Of a stretch of 64,000 bases of DNA, positions 9,762 through 19,480 are shown one piece after another (the first letter of the stretch is position 1; each line of letters begins with the position of its first letter). A program made the position numbers and the translations under genes. Under the pieces are notes generated by a model, which made no database searches, had not been told where the DNA came from, and saw nothing but the letters and a program-made list of their open reading frames with translations. Source of the DNA: Bacillota bacterium (GTDB lineage: Bacteria > Bacillota > DTU025). Where the stretch lies: NCBI GenBank assembly GCA_019136685.1, contig JAGVTS010000064.1, positions 3,087 through 67,086 on the forward strand, written 5' to 3'.

Positions 9762-11102
9762 GGTGGACTTGACACGAAGATAGCTTTCTGTTCGCTTGGG
9801 TGTTCCAAGAATCTGGTAGATACGGAGACAATGATGGGACTCCTGCGCTCGGCCGGCATGGAGCCGGCGTCCGACCGGGATTCGGCTGACGTGGTGTTCA
9901 TCAATACGTGCGCCTTCATTGCCGACTCGGCGCAGGAGTCGGTCGATACGATATTGGAGTTCGCCCGCGACCGGCGCGACGGCAGAATAGGCGCGCTAGT
10001 GGTGGCGGGATGCCTGGCGCAGCGCTATGGCTCTTCGCTCATGGAAGAGATCCCGGAGATAGATGCGCTCATTGGCACGGGGGACTGCGGCCGGTGCGTG
10101 GAGGCCGTGCAGGCTGCACTCAGGGGCGAGCGCCCTGTGTTCATCGGCGCCCCCGGTTTCCTGGCCCAAGAGGGAGGCCCGCGGGTAATAGCTACCCCGA
10201 AGCACCTTGCGTATCTCAAGATAGCGGAAGGCTGTGCCAACAGGTGCTCTTACTGCCTCATCCCATCTTTGCGAGGCCCCGCGAGGAGCAGGCCAGTGGA
10301 GGCAATCGTCCGCGAGGCTCGGTCTTTGGCGTCGTCGGGAGTGCGAGAGCTGGTGGTGATCGCGCAGGATACGACGGCATATGGGTGCGATTTATACGGT
10401 CGGCCATCGCTGGCCCGGCTCCTCCGCGAGCTGGCCGAGGCGGCGGCAGATGGGATCGAGTGGATCAGGGTGATGTACACTTATCCTTCTCTCATCGACG
10501 ATGAGTTGATCGATGTGTTCGCAGGCGAGGAGAGAATAGTGAAGTACCTGGACATCCCGATGCAGCACGGGTCGGACAGGGTGCTCAAGATGATGAGCAG
10601 GCGGTCATCGAGGGCACAAATGATACAAGTGTGTGGGCGGCTCCGGGAGCGAGTGCCGGGGCTAGTGTTGCGAACATCGCTTATCGTGGGGTTCCCGGGC
10701 GAGACCGATGAGGATTTCGAGGAGTTGCTGAGCTTCATCGACATCGTGCGGCCGGAGCGCGCAGGTGTGTTCGAGTTCTCCGCCGAGGAAGGGACACGCG
10801 CCTACGACATGCCCGGGCAGGTTCCCTCCGAGGTCGCGGCCGGCCGGCGGGGCATTGCAATGGAGGCGCTGGCACGCATATCCCGTGAGTTTGGCGAGTC
10901 GCGCGTGGGCAGCGTGACCAGGGTTCTGGTGGACGGGCCTTCGGATGAATCGGATCTCGTGGTCGAAGCTAGATCTTACGCCGAGGCGCCCGAGGTGGAC
11001 GGCAAAGTGTACATAGGCGATGCCACGCTGGCTGCCGGCGAGATGGTGGACGTCGCGATCACCGATGCCGGCCGGTACGACTTGGCGGCGGACAGGATTT
11101 AG
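9762..11102 (+). CDS. rimO: radical-SAM methylthiotransferase, RimO-like (ribosomal protein S12 methylthiotransferase)
   Basis: MTTase N-domain (KIAFCSLGCSKN...NTCAF...VVAGCLAQR), radical-SAM CANRCSYCLIP, C-terminal TRAM domain. 9762 is the first codon after an in-frame stop; no ATG/GTG/TTG precedes the conserved KIAFCSLGC segment (see findings). Confidence 0.8.
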   Translation, partial: GGLDTKIAFCSLGCSKNLVDTETMMGLLRSAGMEPASDRDSADVVFINTCAFIADSAQESVDTILEFARDRRDGRIGALVVAGCLAQRYGSSLMEEIPEIDALIGTGDCGRCVEAVQAALRGERPVFIGAPGFLAQEGGPRVIATPKHLAYLKIAEGCANRCSYCLIPSLRGPARSRPVEAIVREARSLASSGVRELVVIAQDTTAYGCDLYGRPSLARLLRELAEAAADGIEWIRVMYTYPSLIDDELIDVFAGEERIVKYLDIPMQHGSDRVLKMMSRRSSRAQMIQVCGRLRERVPGLVLRTSLIVGFPGETDEDFEELLSFIDIVRPERAGVFEFSAEEGTRAYDMPGQVPSEVAAGRRGIAMEALARISREFGESRVGSVTRVLVDGPSDESDLVVEARSYAEAPEVDGKVYIGDATLAAGEMVDVAITDAGRYDLAADRI

Positions 11103-11107
11103 CAAAA

Positions 11108-11175
11108 CCCGGGGCAGTGGAAGGGGCCCGACTGCGGCATGCAGCCCGGCCCCTGTTGATTTGCTTGATGGTTAA
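11108..11175. terminator. putative bidirectional intrinsic terminator between convergent rimO and gdh
   Basis: GC-rich imperfect hairpin (GGGGCC..CTGCggcatGCAG..GGCCCC) flanked by an A-run upstream and TGTTGATTTGCTT downstream. Confidence 0.45.
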
Positions 11176-11199
11176 CCGCTCAAGTTTGGGGCGTGCGAA

Positions 11200-12450
11200 T
11201 CACGGGAAGATTCCCCTCATCCTGATAGCCTCGGCAACCTTGCCGATGGAGAGGATGTATGCGCCTGTACGCATGGAGAGGTCGCGCTGCTTCGCGAAAT
11301 CCCATACGTCGGCGAAACTGCGAGTCATGATGCCGTCCAGCCGGGTGTTGACTTCTTCTTCGGTCCAGTAGAAGTTCTGCAGGTTCTGCACCCACTCGAA
11401 ATAGGAGCAAACGACGCCGCCGCCGTTGGCCAGGATGTCGGGCACTACGATGACGCCCTTATCCTCCAGGATCTTGTCGGCTTCGGCGGAAGTGGGGCCG
11501 TTGGCGGCCTCCACGATCAACTTGGCCTTGATTTTGTCGGCGTTCGCCTCGGTGATCTGCCCTTGCAGCGCCGCCGGTATTAGGAGATCTACGTCCAGCG
11601 TGAGCAATTGCTCGTTGGAGATTACGCTTACTCCGGGCGCCGCATATCCTTCGATGAATTTGTGCTCCGCTACATACTTGCTGATCTCAGGCACATTCAG
11701 GCCGGCCGGGTTGTAGATCCCGCCTGTGACATCGCTGACGCCCACTACCTTGCAGCCCAGCTCGTGGGCGAGCTCAGCGGAGACGGATCCCACGTTGCCG
11801 TATCCCTGGATTGCACAGGTGATCTCAGACGGCTTCTTCCCTAATCTAGCGAGCAGTTCCCGCACGGTGAAGATCACGCCTCTGCCTGTGGCCTCGCGGC
11901 GACCGAGCGAGCCTCCGATGGGGATGGGCTTCCCAGTTACCACGCCGGGGCTAAGTACGCCGGTGAACACAGAATACGTGTCGACAAACCAGCCCATTAT
12001 CTGTGCATTGGTGCCCATGTCAGGGGCGGGGATGTCCTTTTCCGGGCCTATCATTGGCAAGATGGCGTACACGTATCGTCGTGTCAGCCTCTTCAGCTCA
12101 TTCTGCGACAGCTTCATCGGGTCGACCCGAATGCCGCCCTTGCCGCCGCCATAGGGGATGCCTGCTACCGCACATTTCCAGGTCATCCAGGACGCAAGCG
12201 CCTTTACCTCGTCCATGCAGACGTCCATTGCATAACGGACCCCGCCCTTGGCCGGGCCTCGCACTGTGGAGTGGTGGCATCTGTAACCCATGAACACCTT
12301 TGTGCTGCCGTCATCCATCTCCACTGGAAGGGCTACTTCCAGCGTGCGTTCGGGCTCGGCAAGTATTTCGAAGATGCCCGGTTCCAGGTTGAGAATCCGA
12401 GAAGCTTCGCGGAGCCTGGCGAGTACCTGCTCATACTGGCTTCCTGCCAT
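11200..12450 (-). CDS. NAD(P)-specific glutamate dehydrogenase (Glu/Leu/Phe/Val dehydrogenase family)
   Basis: Catalytic GGGKGG motif (GIPYGGGKGGIRVDP) and Rossmann GYGNVGS. Start set at ATG 12450 (MAGSQYEQV) preceded by GGAGGT; the longer listed ORF to 12600 is an unsupported extension. Confidence 0.9.
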   Translation of the reverse strand: MAGSQYEQVLARLREASRILNLEPGIFEILAEPERTLEVALPVEMDDGSTKVFMGYRCHHSTVRGPAKGGVRYAMDVCMDEVKALASWMTWKCAVAGIPYGGGKGGIRVDPMKLSQNELKRLTRRYVYAILPMIGPEKDIPAPDMGTNAQIMGWFVDTYSVFTGVLSPGVVTGKPIPIGGSLGRREATGRGVIFTVRELLARLGKKPSEITCAIQGYGNVGSVSAELAHELGCKVVGVSDVTGGIYNPAGLNVPEISKYVAEHKFIEGYAAPGVSVISNEQLLTLDVDLLIPAALQGQITEANADKIKAKLIVEAANGPTSAEADKILEDKGVIVVPDILANGGGVVCSYFEWVQNLQNFYWTEEEVNTRLDGIMTRSFADVWDFAKQRDLSMRTGAYILSIGKVAEAIRMRGIFP

Positions 12451-12648
12451 TTCACTACCTCCAAACAGTGTAGTACGTCGACAACCACCACTTCGACACA
12501 TAGGAGCGTGCTCCTGCCGGGCAATATGAGATTCGTCGCCTCGAAAAGGCCCATGGTGAGAGAAATGTTGACGCATGCGCAGGAAGGAGTTCGCCAGCAA
12601 ACAGCGAAGTTGTATGCGTCCAACAACCTACATGGGGAGGATGGTTTT

Positions 12649-13659
12649 ATGAAGCGCACTCTATCATTGGCACTAGCAATCGGAATGCTGTTCGCGCTGG
12701 TAGTACCGGTGTTCTCGGCTTCGGTTCCCAAGGTCGGAATCGTCTTCGACATCGGCGGTCGCGGCGACCAGTCGTTCAACGATGCTGCCTATGAAGGACT
12801 GATGATGCTCAAGAAGGAGCTTGGTGCACAGACTACTTACATCGAGTCCAAGACTCCTTCCGACTACGAGCCTAACCTGGCGTCGCTTGCCAGAGAGGGC
12901 TATGATGTGGTCTGGGGCATCGGCTTCCTCATGGCTGACGCCATGAAGAAGGTCGCCCAGCAGTATCCCAACGTCAAGTTCGGGATAATCGACTCCGGGT
13001 ACTCCGACGAGGAATACAAGAGCATGAAGAATGTCCTGGGTGTGCTCTTCAAGGAGCATGAAGGATCGTTCCTCCAGGGCGTACTGACCGCCCTGACCAC
13101 CAAGGTCAACAAGGTCGGTTTTGTCGGCGGCATGGATTTCCCTGTTATCGAGCGGTTTGAGGCTGGTTTCAAGGCCGGCGTCTGGACGATCAACCCCAAG
13201 ATCGAGATTTTCGTCAACTACACAGGCGCTTTCGACGATCCGGCCAAGGGGAAGGCCGTTGCTTCGTCAATGTTCCGTCGCGGCGCTGATGTTGTATTCC
13301 ACGCTTCCGGGGCCTGTGGAATCGGAGTCATTGAGGCTGCTGATGAAGTGGGCAAGTGGGCCATCGGCGTCGACTCGGACCAGAATCACCTTTCTCCTAA
13401 GCACGTGCTGAACTCGATGATCAAACGCGTTGACCTTGGAGTTTTCAACGGAACGAAGATGCTCATCGAGCCGAAGTTCGTGGGCCATACAGTGACTCTC
13501 GGCATTGCTGAAGACGGCGTAGGGCTTGCGCCTGAGGCGTCGAACAACGCGTCCAAGGAGGCTACGGCAAAGGCACTCGAGTGGGCCGACAAGATACGCA
13601 AGGGCCAGTACGTTGTGCCGGAGTTCAGGGCTGACGCCGACAAGCTACAGTCCAAGTAG
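12649..13659 (+). CDS. BMP-family (PnrA/Med-like) ABC transporter substrate-binding lipoprotein
   Basis: Signal peptide MKRTLSLALAIGMLFALVVPVFSAS, then BMP-family motifs (KVGIVFDIGGRGDQSFND...). ATG 12649 preceded by GGGGAGG. Confidence 0.85.
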   Translation: MKRTLSLALAIGMLFALVVPVFSASVPKVGIVFDIGGRGDQSFNDAAYEGLMMLKKELGAQTTYIESKTPSDYEPNLASLAREGYDVVWGIGFLMADAMKKVAQQYPNVKFGIIDSGYSDEEYKSMKNVLGVLFKEHEGSFLQGVLTALTTKVNKVGFVGGMDFPVIERFEAGFKAGVWTINPKIEIFVNYTGAFDDPAKGKAVASSMFRRGADVVFHASGACGIGVIEAADEVGKWAIGVDSDQNHLSPKHVLNSMIKRVDLGVFNGTKMLIEPKFVGHTVTLGIAEDGVGLAPEASNNASKEATAKALEWADKIRKGQYVVPEFRADADKLQSK

Positions 13660-13685
13660 CATGAAGTAAGGGAATCTCCGCATTT

Positions 13686-13709
13686 GAGTTCAAGTTCGAG
13701 TTGGAGTTC
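13686..13709 (+). repeat. four tandem hexamers GAGTTC-AAGTTC-GAGTTG-GAGTTC in the SBP-ABC intercistronic region
   Basis: Read directly from the sequence, immediately 5' of the hairpin at 13704-13742. Confidence 0.6.
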
Positions 13710-13742
13710 GGGCGTCCGGGTGCAGGCTCGGCGCCCGAACTC
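13704..13742 (+). promoter_or_regulatory. intercistronic stem-loop (11-bp perfect stem GAGTTCGGGCG / CGCCCGAACTC, 17-nt loop) between SBP gene and ABC ATPase gene
   Basis: Perfect inverted repeat ending 4 nt before the GGAGGG SD of the ATPase gene. This is a typical position for a segmental mRNA-stability or attenuation hairpin in binding-protein operons. Confidence 0.6.
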
Positions 13743-13758
13743 GCATGGAGGGACAGAT

Positions 13759-15321
13759 ATGGCGCAGTCCCAGAGAGTCCCTGTGCTCGCCATGAAAGGG
13801 ATAACGAAGCAGTTTCCCGGAGTCTTGGCTAACGACAGGGTCGACTTCACTCTTGAGCAGGGCGAGATACACGCCCTCCTGGGCGAGAACGGAGCGGGCA
13901 AGTCGACGCTCATGAAGATATTGTACGGCCTTTACGGGGCCGATTCCGGCACGATCAGCGTCCGAGGGCAAGAGGCGCTGATCCGAGAACCCAACGATGC
14001 GCTGCGCCTGGGCATCGGAATGGTGCATCAGCATTTCATGTTGGTCCAGCAATTCACCGTGGCGGAGAACCTTGTGTTAGGCTCCGAACCCCGCAGAAGA
14101 GGGATATTCCTGGACATGAACGCCGCGGTCGCCAAGGTGAAGGAAGTCTCAGAACAGTATGGCCTTGCCATCGATCCCAACGCCAGGATTACCGACATCT
14201 CCGTGGGCATGCAGCAGCGTGTGGAGATACTGAAGGCCCTTCTCCGCGGCGCAGATATCCTTATTCTGGATGAACCTACTGCCGTGCTGACTCCGCAGGA
14301 GGTGTCCGAGCTTTTCGCGATAATGCGGAACCTTCAGGCTCGCGGCAAGTCTATCGTCTTCATCACTCACAAACTCAAAGAGGTGATGGCCATTTCTGAG
14401 CGAGTGACGGTGGTGAGACGAGGACGGGTTGTCGGGTCGCTCGACACGTCGAGCACGAGTGTCGACGAACTGGCAAGGCTGATGGTCGGCCGGGACGTTG
14501 AGCTCGTGGTTGAAAAAGGACCTGCTCACCCAGGTGAAGAGATCCTGGTTGTCGACGACCTTAACGTGCTCGATGCGAGGCGACTGCCGGCTGTGAGAGG
14601 GGTTTCGCTCTCGGTTAGAGGCGGTGAGATACTCGGAATCGCGGGAGTGGATGGCAACGGCCAGACGCAACTGGTGGAGGCCATTACGGGCATGAGACGC
14701 TGCGCGTCCGGCCGTGTGATGTTAGCCGGGAAAGACATAACAAACTCCGAGCCCCGCAGGCTGTTCGAGTCAGGCGTGGTACACATTCCCGCCGATAGGC
14801 AGCGGCACGGGCTGATCTTGGATTTCTCCATAGCTGAGAACATGGTGCTCCAGACGTACTACCGTCCTCCATTCAGCGTCAAAGGCAGGTTGAACTGGGA
14901 GGTTATCAGGAGCGAGGCCAGGCGGCTGATAGAGGAGTTCGATATCCGAACGCCCGGTGAGGATGTACCTGCAGGCTCGCTTTCCGGAGGCAACCAGCAG
15001 AAGGTCATTGTGGCCAGAGAACTGTCGCGCCAACCCGAGCTGGTGATTGCGGCCCAGCCTACTAGGGGCCTCGATGTCGGAGCCATTGAGTTCGTCCACG
15101 GCAGGCTCGTGGAGGCTCGAGACGCCGGAAAGGCTGTTCTCCTAGTTTCACTGGAGCTTGATGAGATACTCGCCCTTGCCGACAGGATAGCGGTGATGTA
15201 CGAGGGCGAGGTCGTGGGCGTGCTCAGCCGAGATGAGGCCACGGAGGAACTCCTGGGGCTGATGATGGCCGGAGCGGCGCGTGGATCTGACCCCGATGCA
15301 TCGGAGGTGGCGACCGGATGA
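13759..15321 (+). CDS. ABC transporter ATP-binding protein with two fused ABC domains (sugar/nucleoside-type)
   Basis: Two Walker A sites (GENGAGKST, GVDGNGQTQ), LSGG signature, Walker B ILILDEPT. ATG 13759 preceded by GGAGGG. Confidence 0.9.
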   Translation: MAQSQRVPVLAMKGITKQFPGVLANDRVDFTLEQGEIHALLGENGAGKSTLMKILYGLYGADSGTISVRGQEALIREPNDALRLGIGMVHQHFMLVQQFTVAENLVLGSEPRRRGIFLDMNAAVAKVKEVSEQYGLAIDPNARITDISVGMQQRVEILKALLRGADILILDEPTAVLTPQEVSELFAIMRNLQARGKSIVFITHKLKEVMAISERVTVVRRGRVVGSLDTSSTSVDELARLMVGRDVELVVEKGPAHPGEEILVVDDLNVLDARRLPAVRGVSLSVRGGEILGIAGVDGNGQTQLVEAITGMRRCASGRVMLAGKDITNSEPRRLFESGVVHIPADRQRHGLILDFSIAENMVLQTYYRPPFSVKGRLNWEVIRSEARRLIEEFDIRTPGEDVPAGSLSGGNQQKVIVARELSRQPELVIAAQPTRGLDVGAIEFVHGRLVEARDAGKAVLLVSLELDEILALADRIAVMYEGEVVGVLSRDEATEELLGLMMAGAARGSDPDASEVATG

Positions 15322-16415
15322 GTCGACCTAGGAATGGGGGCTTATGGCAGGAATTGCGCGTACCTGCTGCCGCTGTGATTATCGGTTTGATCATAGGGGC
15401 GGTATTCATGGCAATGACCGGCGCGAATCCTCTCACGGCTTACGGGGCTCTCTTGTCGGGATGCTTTGGGAAGCCGGTCAACATCTCGGAGACGCTGGTG
15501 TACATTAATCCGCTCATTTTCACTGGCCTTTCTATAGCCGTAGCGTACAGGGCGGGCCTGTTCAACATCGGAGCGGAGGGGCAGATGATTGTGGGGATGG
15601 TCGCTGCGGCGGTAGTTGGTTACGCCGGAACCGGGCTGCCTCGGGCGATCCATCTGCCGCTGACGATTCTTTCGGGCGCTCTTGCCGGAGCTATCTGGGC
15701 CGCGGTGCCCGGGTACCTGAAGGCGCGTTTAGGAGTGCATGAGGTAGTCAACAGCATCATGATGAACTACATCGCCCTCTACCTGTCGCACTACCTGGTG
15801 AACGGTCCAATCAAGGATCCTCAGGTGATTGCGCCTTACAGCCGGGAGATCGCTGATTCCGCCAAGCTCTTTCGCTTTTTCGGCGGCTTCCGCAGCGAGT
15901 TTCGAGTGAACACCGGCATACTGATTGCTGTCGCTGCAGCTTTACTGGTGTACTACGTTCTCTACAAGACTACCACAGGCTACGAAATCAGGGCAGTAGG
16001 GGCAAACGCGGACGCCGCACGTTACGCCGGCATCAACGTGCCCAAGGCTATGGCTGTGTCGATGCTTCTGGCAGGTTCTATGGCAGGGCTGGCAGGGGCG
16101 GTACAGGTATGTGGAATCCAGTACAAATTCCTTGACCTGTTCGCGTTCGAAGGATTCGGGCTAGACGGCATTGCCGTGGCGTTGGTGGGCAAGATCAACC
16201 CATTCGGAGTGGTCGGGGCGGCATCGCTCTTCGGGATACTCTCGCGCGGCGCTCAGATGATGCAAGGCATAGCCCACGTGCCCAAGCAGGTGGCTGGGAT
16301 AGTGCAGGCCGCCATTGTGTTCATGATCGCGGCTGAAGGGCTTGTCGAGGGATGGCTCAGCATACCGGGCCTAAGCCTCAAGAAGGCAGGCAAAGCGCAG
16401 AAGGAGGACGCCTGA
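15318..16415 (+). CDS. ABC transporter permease (BMP-system permease 1)
   Basis: Polytopic membrane protein. ATGA overlap with the ATPase stop. Confidence 0.85.
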   Translation: MSRPRNGGLWQELRVPAAAVIIGLIIGAVFMAMTGANPLTAYGALLSGCFGKPVNISETLVYINPLIFTGLSIAVAYRAGLFNIGAEGQMIVGMVAAAVVGYAGTGLPRAIHLPLTILSGALAGAIWAAVPGYLKARLGVHEVVNSIMMNYIALYLSHYLVNGPIKDPQVIAPYSREIADSAKLFRFFGGFRSEFRVNTGILIAVAAALLVYYVLYKTTTGYEIRAVGANADAARYAGINVPKAMAVSMLLAGSMAGLAGAVQVCGIQYKFLDLFAFEGFGLDGIAVALVGKINPFGVVGAASLFGILSRGAQMMQGIAHVPKQVAGIVQAAIVFMIAAEGLVEGWLSIPGLSLKKAGKAQKEDA

Positions 16416-17365
16416 TGTCTTTTGACTTGGAGACCATCAAGTTCATCACCATAGACCTCTTGGCGTCCACTGTGTTCCTTGCGGCGCCTCTGATACTCGC
16501 GGCAGTGGGCGGAGTATTCAGCGAAAGGTCCGGAGTAGTCAATATCGGTCTTGAGGGAATGATGCTCACCGGAGCATTTGTGGCTGTGCTGTTCTCGTAT
16601 CTCACTCGCAACGCCTGGGTGGGATTCTGGATGGGGGCTGTGGCGGGCGGCGCGATGGCCGGCCTCCATGCCCTGGTGTCGATTAAGTACAGAGCCAACC
16701 AAACGGTATCCGGCGTGGCCATCAATATTCTGGCTACTGCTCTCACGGGCTACCTGTTGCGTGCGATATTTGGCCGCGCAGGTCAAACCGAGCGAGTGAC
16801 TAAGCTGGTTAACTGGACCATACCCTTCCTGCGCAACGTGCCCGTTATCGGCGAGATCCTGGGGAGAAACACGCCCCCGGTTTACCTGGCCTTCGTAGCG
16901 GTTATCATTGGTCATATCATGCTATTCCGAACCCCACTGGGGCTTAGGATACGTGCGTGTGGCGAGCACCCTGAGGCAGCTGATACCGTAGGCGTCAATG
17001 TCACTGGTATCCGGTATCTGTGCGTGATCCTCTCCGGCTTTCTGGCCGGCATGGGGGGATCGACGCTATCCCTCGGTCAGCTGTCCATCTTCCGAGAGGG
17101 CATGAGTTCGGGGCGAGGTTTCATAGCCCTGGCCGCTGTGATATTCGGTAAGTGGACGCCTCTGGGCGCCATGTGGGCGGCGCTGCTCTTCGCCCTGGCT
17201 GACGCTGTCCAGCTCACCGCCCAGACGTGGGGATTCACGGCAATACCGCAAGAATTCCTGCTGATGTTTCCGTATGTGCTGACGATGGCTGCATTGGCAG
17301 GGGTCATAGGCCGGTCTACCCCGCCTGCCGCCAGCGGCAGGCCGTATGTGAGGCGGGGGGCGTAG
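16415..17365 (+). CDS. ABC transporter permease (BMP-system permease 2)
   Basis: Polytopic membrane protein. Start ATG 16415 ([10 protein letters not shown]) overlaps the previous stop (TGATG); AAGGAGGA SD. Confidence 0.85.
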   Translation: MSFDLETIKFITIDLLASTVFLAAPLILAAVGGVFSERSGVVNIGLEGMMLTGAFVAVLFSYLTRNAWVGFWMGAVAGGAMAGLHALVSIKYRANQTVSGVAINILATALTGYLLRAIFGRAGQTERVTKLVNWTIPFLRNVPVIGEILGRNTPPVYLAFVAVIIGHIMLFRTPLGLRIRACGEHPEAADTVGVNVTGIRYLCVILSGFLAGMGGSTLSLGQLSIFREGMSSGRGFIALAAVIFGKWTPLGAMWAALLFALADAVQLTAQTWGFTAIPQEFLLMFPYVLTMAALAGVIGRSTPPAASGRPYVRRGA

Positions 17366-17412
17366 ACGCGAGCGTACGCAGCAGCCATGCTCCAGAGCAC
17401 CGTTTCGTACAG

Positions 17413-17435
17413 GGCGGCCCCGCGCACGGGCCGCC
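17413..17435 (+). terminator. GC-rich hairpin (GGCGGCCC cgcgcac GGGCCGCC) downstream of the ABC operon; weak or absent U-tract
   Basis: Perfect 8-bp inverted repeat about 50 nt after the permease stop. Confidence 0.4.
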
Positions 17436-17481
17436 TGTTCCATGATAGACTGGAGCGGAGGAATTCTTGCGGTTTGGTGGA

Positions 17482-18561
17482 ATGATTAGCACCGTGGATA
17501 TCAAGAGCATGTCGCGTGAAGAATGCAGAAGCTTCTTTGAGTCTGTAGGGGAGCCTGGATACAGGGCCGACCAGGTCCTCGAATGGCTCTACGGTCAGCG
17601 AGTCTCATCGTATGAGGATATGACCAACCTGCCCAGGCTGCTTCGGGCTAAGCTCGCCGAGGTTGCCCCTCTCAGGTCGCCCGAAGTGCTTGCCCAGAGA
17701 GTTTCGCCGAGCGGCGACACCGTTAAGTACCTGATGGGCCTAACTGATGATAACGCCGTGGAGGCAGTGCTCATGAGGCATGACTACGGCTTGAGCCTCT
17801 GCGTGTCGTCACAGGTGGGATGCCCAATGGGCTGCGCATTCTGCGCGTCGGGCATCGGAGGCCTGGTAAGGGACCTGACGTGCGGCGAGATGATCGACCA
17901 GATGCTGGCCGCAAGCAGCGACGCCGCAGAACGTCTTGACGGAATGCGGGTCAGTTCGCTGGTGGTGATGGGCAGCGGCGAGCCGCTGCTCAATTACGAT
18001 AACGTCATCAAGTTCATTAGGCTCGTCAACTGGGATCGTGGCTTCGGCATAGGCTACCGACATATTGCGATCTCCACTTGCGGGATAGTCCCGGGCATCC
18101 TGCGCCTTGCCGGCGAGGGCATGCCGCTCACTCTGTCGGTGTCGCTGCATGCTCCGGATGATGTGACCCGATCGTCTATTATGAAGGTGAATGCGGCGTA
18201 TCCCATAAGTACTCTGGTGAAGGCGTGCGGCCAGTACGCCCAGATTACGGGCAGGCGCGTCACCTACGAGTACGCTCTCATAGCCGGGGTGAATGATTCG
18301 CCGGCTCACGCAGAGCGACTGGCGGGCGTGCTTCGCGGCACTTTGTGCCATGTGAATCTGATACCGCTCAACCCGGTGCCGGAAACCCCGTATGTTCGTC
18401 CTGCGTCTTGCGTGGTGGAGGCGTTCGCAAGCGCGCTTCAGTCGCGCGGCGTCGAGGCCACCATCAGGAGGGAGATGGGATGCGGCATCGATGCCGCGTG
18501 CGGGCAACTGAGGCGGAGGTGGGTGAGCCGGCGCGGTGCGGAGGAGGCCGACCCCGGATGA
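17482..18561 (+). CDS. rlmN: 23S rRNA (adenine2503-C2)-methyltransferase RlmN (radical SAM)
   Basis: Radical-SAM CxxxCxxC (VSSQVGCPMGCAFCASG) and N-terminal YRADQVLEWLY. ATG 17482 preceded by GGTGG. Confidence 0.85.
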   Translation: MISTVDIKSMSREECRSFFESVGEPGYRADQVLEWLYGQRVSSYEDMTNLPRLLRAKLAEVAPLRSPEVLAQRVSPSGDTVKYLMGLTDDNAVEAVLMRHDYGLSLCVSSQVGCPMGCAFCASGIGGLVRDLTCGEMIDQMLAASSDAAERLDGMRVSSLVVMGSGEPLLNYDNVIKFIRLVNWDRGFGIGYRHIAISTCGIVPGILRLAGEGMPLTLSVSLHAPDDVTRSSIMKVNAAYPISTLVKACGQYAQITGRRVTYEYALIAGVNDSPAHAERLAGVLRGTLCHVNLIPLNPVPETPYVRPASCVVEAFASALQSRGVEATIRREMGCGIDAACGQLRRRWVSRRGAEEADPG

Positions 18562-18707
18562 TCCGAGTAGCATTGGTCATGTTCAGGCTGGCCTGTCTGG
18601 CTGTGCTCTACTGGTTCTTGTATCGGGTGTGCGTGTGCCTGGTCTCCGATGCGCAGGCCTCGTCGACGGCCTGCCGCGAAGAAGAGGAAGAGGATACTGA
18701 CGGCTAG
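18558..18707 (+). CDS. small membrane ORF (49 aa): one TM helix plus acidic tail (EEEEEDTDG), ATGA-coupled to the rlmN stop
   Basis: ATG overlaps the rlmN stop (ggATGAtcc). Hydrophobic VALVMFRLACLAVLYWFLY. No homology recognised. Confidence 0.3.
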   Translation: MIRVALVMFRLACLAVLYWFLYRVCVCLVSDAQASSTACREEEEEDTDG

Positions 18708-18733
18708 AAGTGGTCGTGGATGGGGTGAGGGCC

Positions 18734-19480
18734 ATGATGTGTGTCTGCGCGACAGACGTAGGGCTGGTTCGGGAGCACAATGAAGATGCCTGCTTCGTCG
18801 GGGAGAACTGCTGTGCTGTGGCTGACGGCATGGGTGGGCACAGGGCCGGCGAAGTCGCCTCCCGCATGGCCATACATGCTGTGGAGCAGGAACTGTCGCG
18901 GAGCGGACCCGCCGGCTTCGACATTGTGCGCTGCATTAGGCAGGCTAACGCGGCCGTTCTGGACGCGTCTAGGCATGCCGACGCACTTGAAGGTATGGGC
19001 ACTACCCTCACTGTGGCAACTGTGAACCCCGGAGCGCTAAGGGTCGGGCACGTGGGCGACTCCAGAGCGTACTTGCTTACCGCAGACGGGATCAAGCAGC
19101 TGACGGATGACCATTCCGTTGTGGGCGAGATGCTTCGCTCGGGGCTGATTACCGCCGAGGAAGCTGCCGCTCACCCCAAGCGGCACGCCATTACCAGGGC
19201 TCTAGGTTTCTTCGATGATCTCGAAGTGGACGTGGGCGAGTGGCCGGTTCGCCCGGGGGATGTTGTGGTCCTGTGTACCGATGGGCTTCATGACCTGGTC
19301 AGCCCAGAGGAGATCCGGGCAGCGTTTGGGAGGTCGCGTGATCCGTCCGGCGCATGCCATGACCTGGTGTCGCTGGCTTGTTCGCGCGGCGGCCACGACA
19401 ACATCACCGTAGCTGCGTGCGTTGTCACAGAATCGGACATGCCTGCGCCCGCGGAAGGGCCGCGAGGCAGTGAGCCATGA
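18734..19480 (+). CDS. stp: PP2C-family Ser/Thr protein phosphatase (Stp/PrpC/PstP)
   Basis: PP2C motifs ...TDVGLVREHNED...AVADGMGGHRAGEVAS...DGLHD. Start could also be GTG 18710. Confidence 0.85.
   Translation: MMCVCATDVGLVREHNEDACFVGENCCAVADGMGGHRAGEVASRMAIHAVEQELSRSGPAGFDIVRCIRQANAAVLDASRHADALEGMGTTLTVATVNPGALRVGHVGDSRAYLLTADGIKQLTDDHSVVGEMLRSGLITAEEAAAHPKRHAITRALGFFDDLEVDVGEWPVRPGDVVVLCTDGLHDLVSPEEIRAAFGRSRDPSGACHDLVSLACSRGGHDNITVAACVVTESDMPAPAEGPRGSEP

Noticed and set aside
12451-12600. 50-codon N-terminal extension of gdh (MLANSFLRMRQHFSHHG...)
   Set aside because: The strong GGAGGT SD and conserved GDH N-terminus support ATG 12450. The extension runs into the divergent promoter region.
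12271-12648. 126-codon N-terminal extension of the BMP substrate-binding protein ORF
   Set aside because: A lipoprotein-type signal peptide begins at ATG 12649 with a GGGGAGG SD. The extension overlaps the gdh 5' region.
17809-18573. 254-aa ORF on the - strand
   Set aside because: Antisense to rlmN, whose radical-SAM motifs are unambiguous on the + strand.
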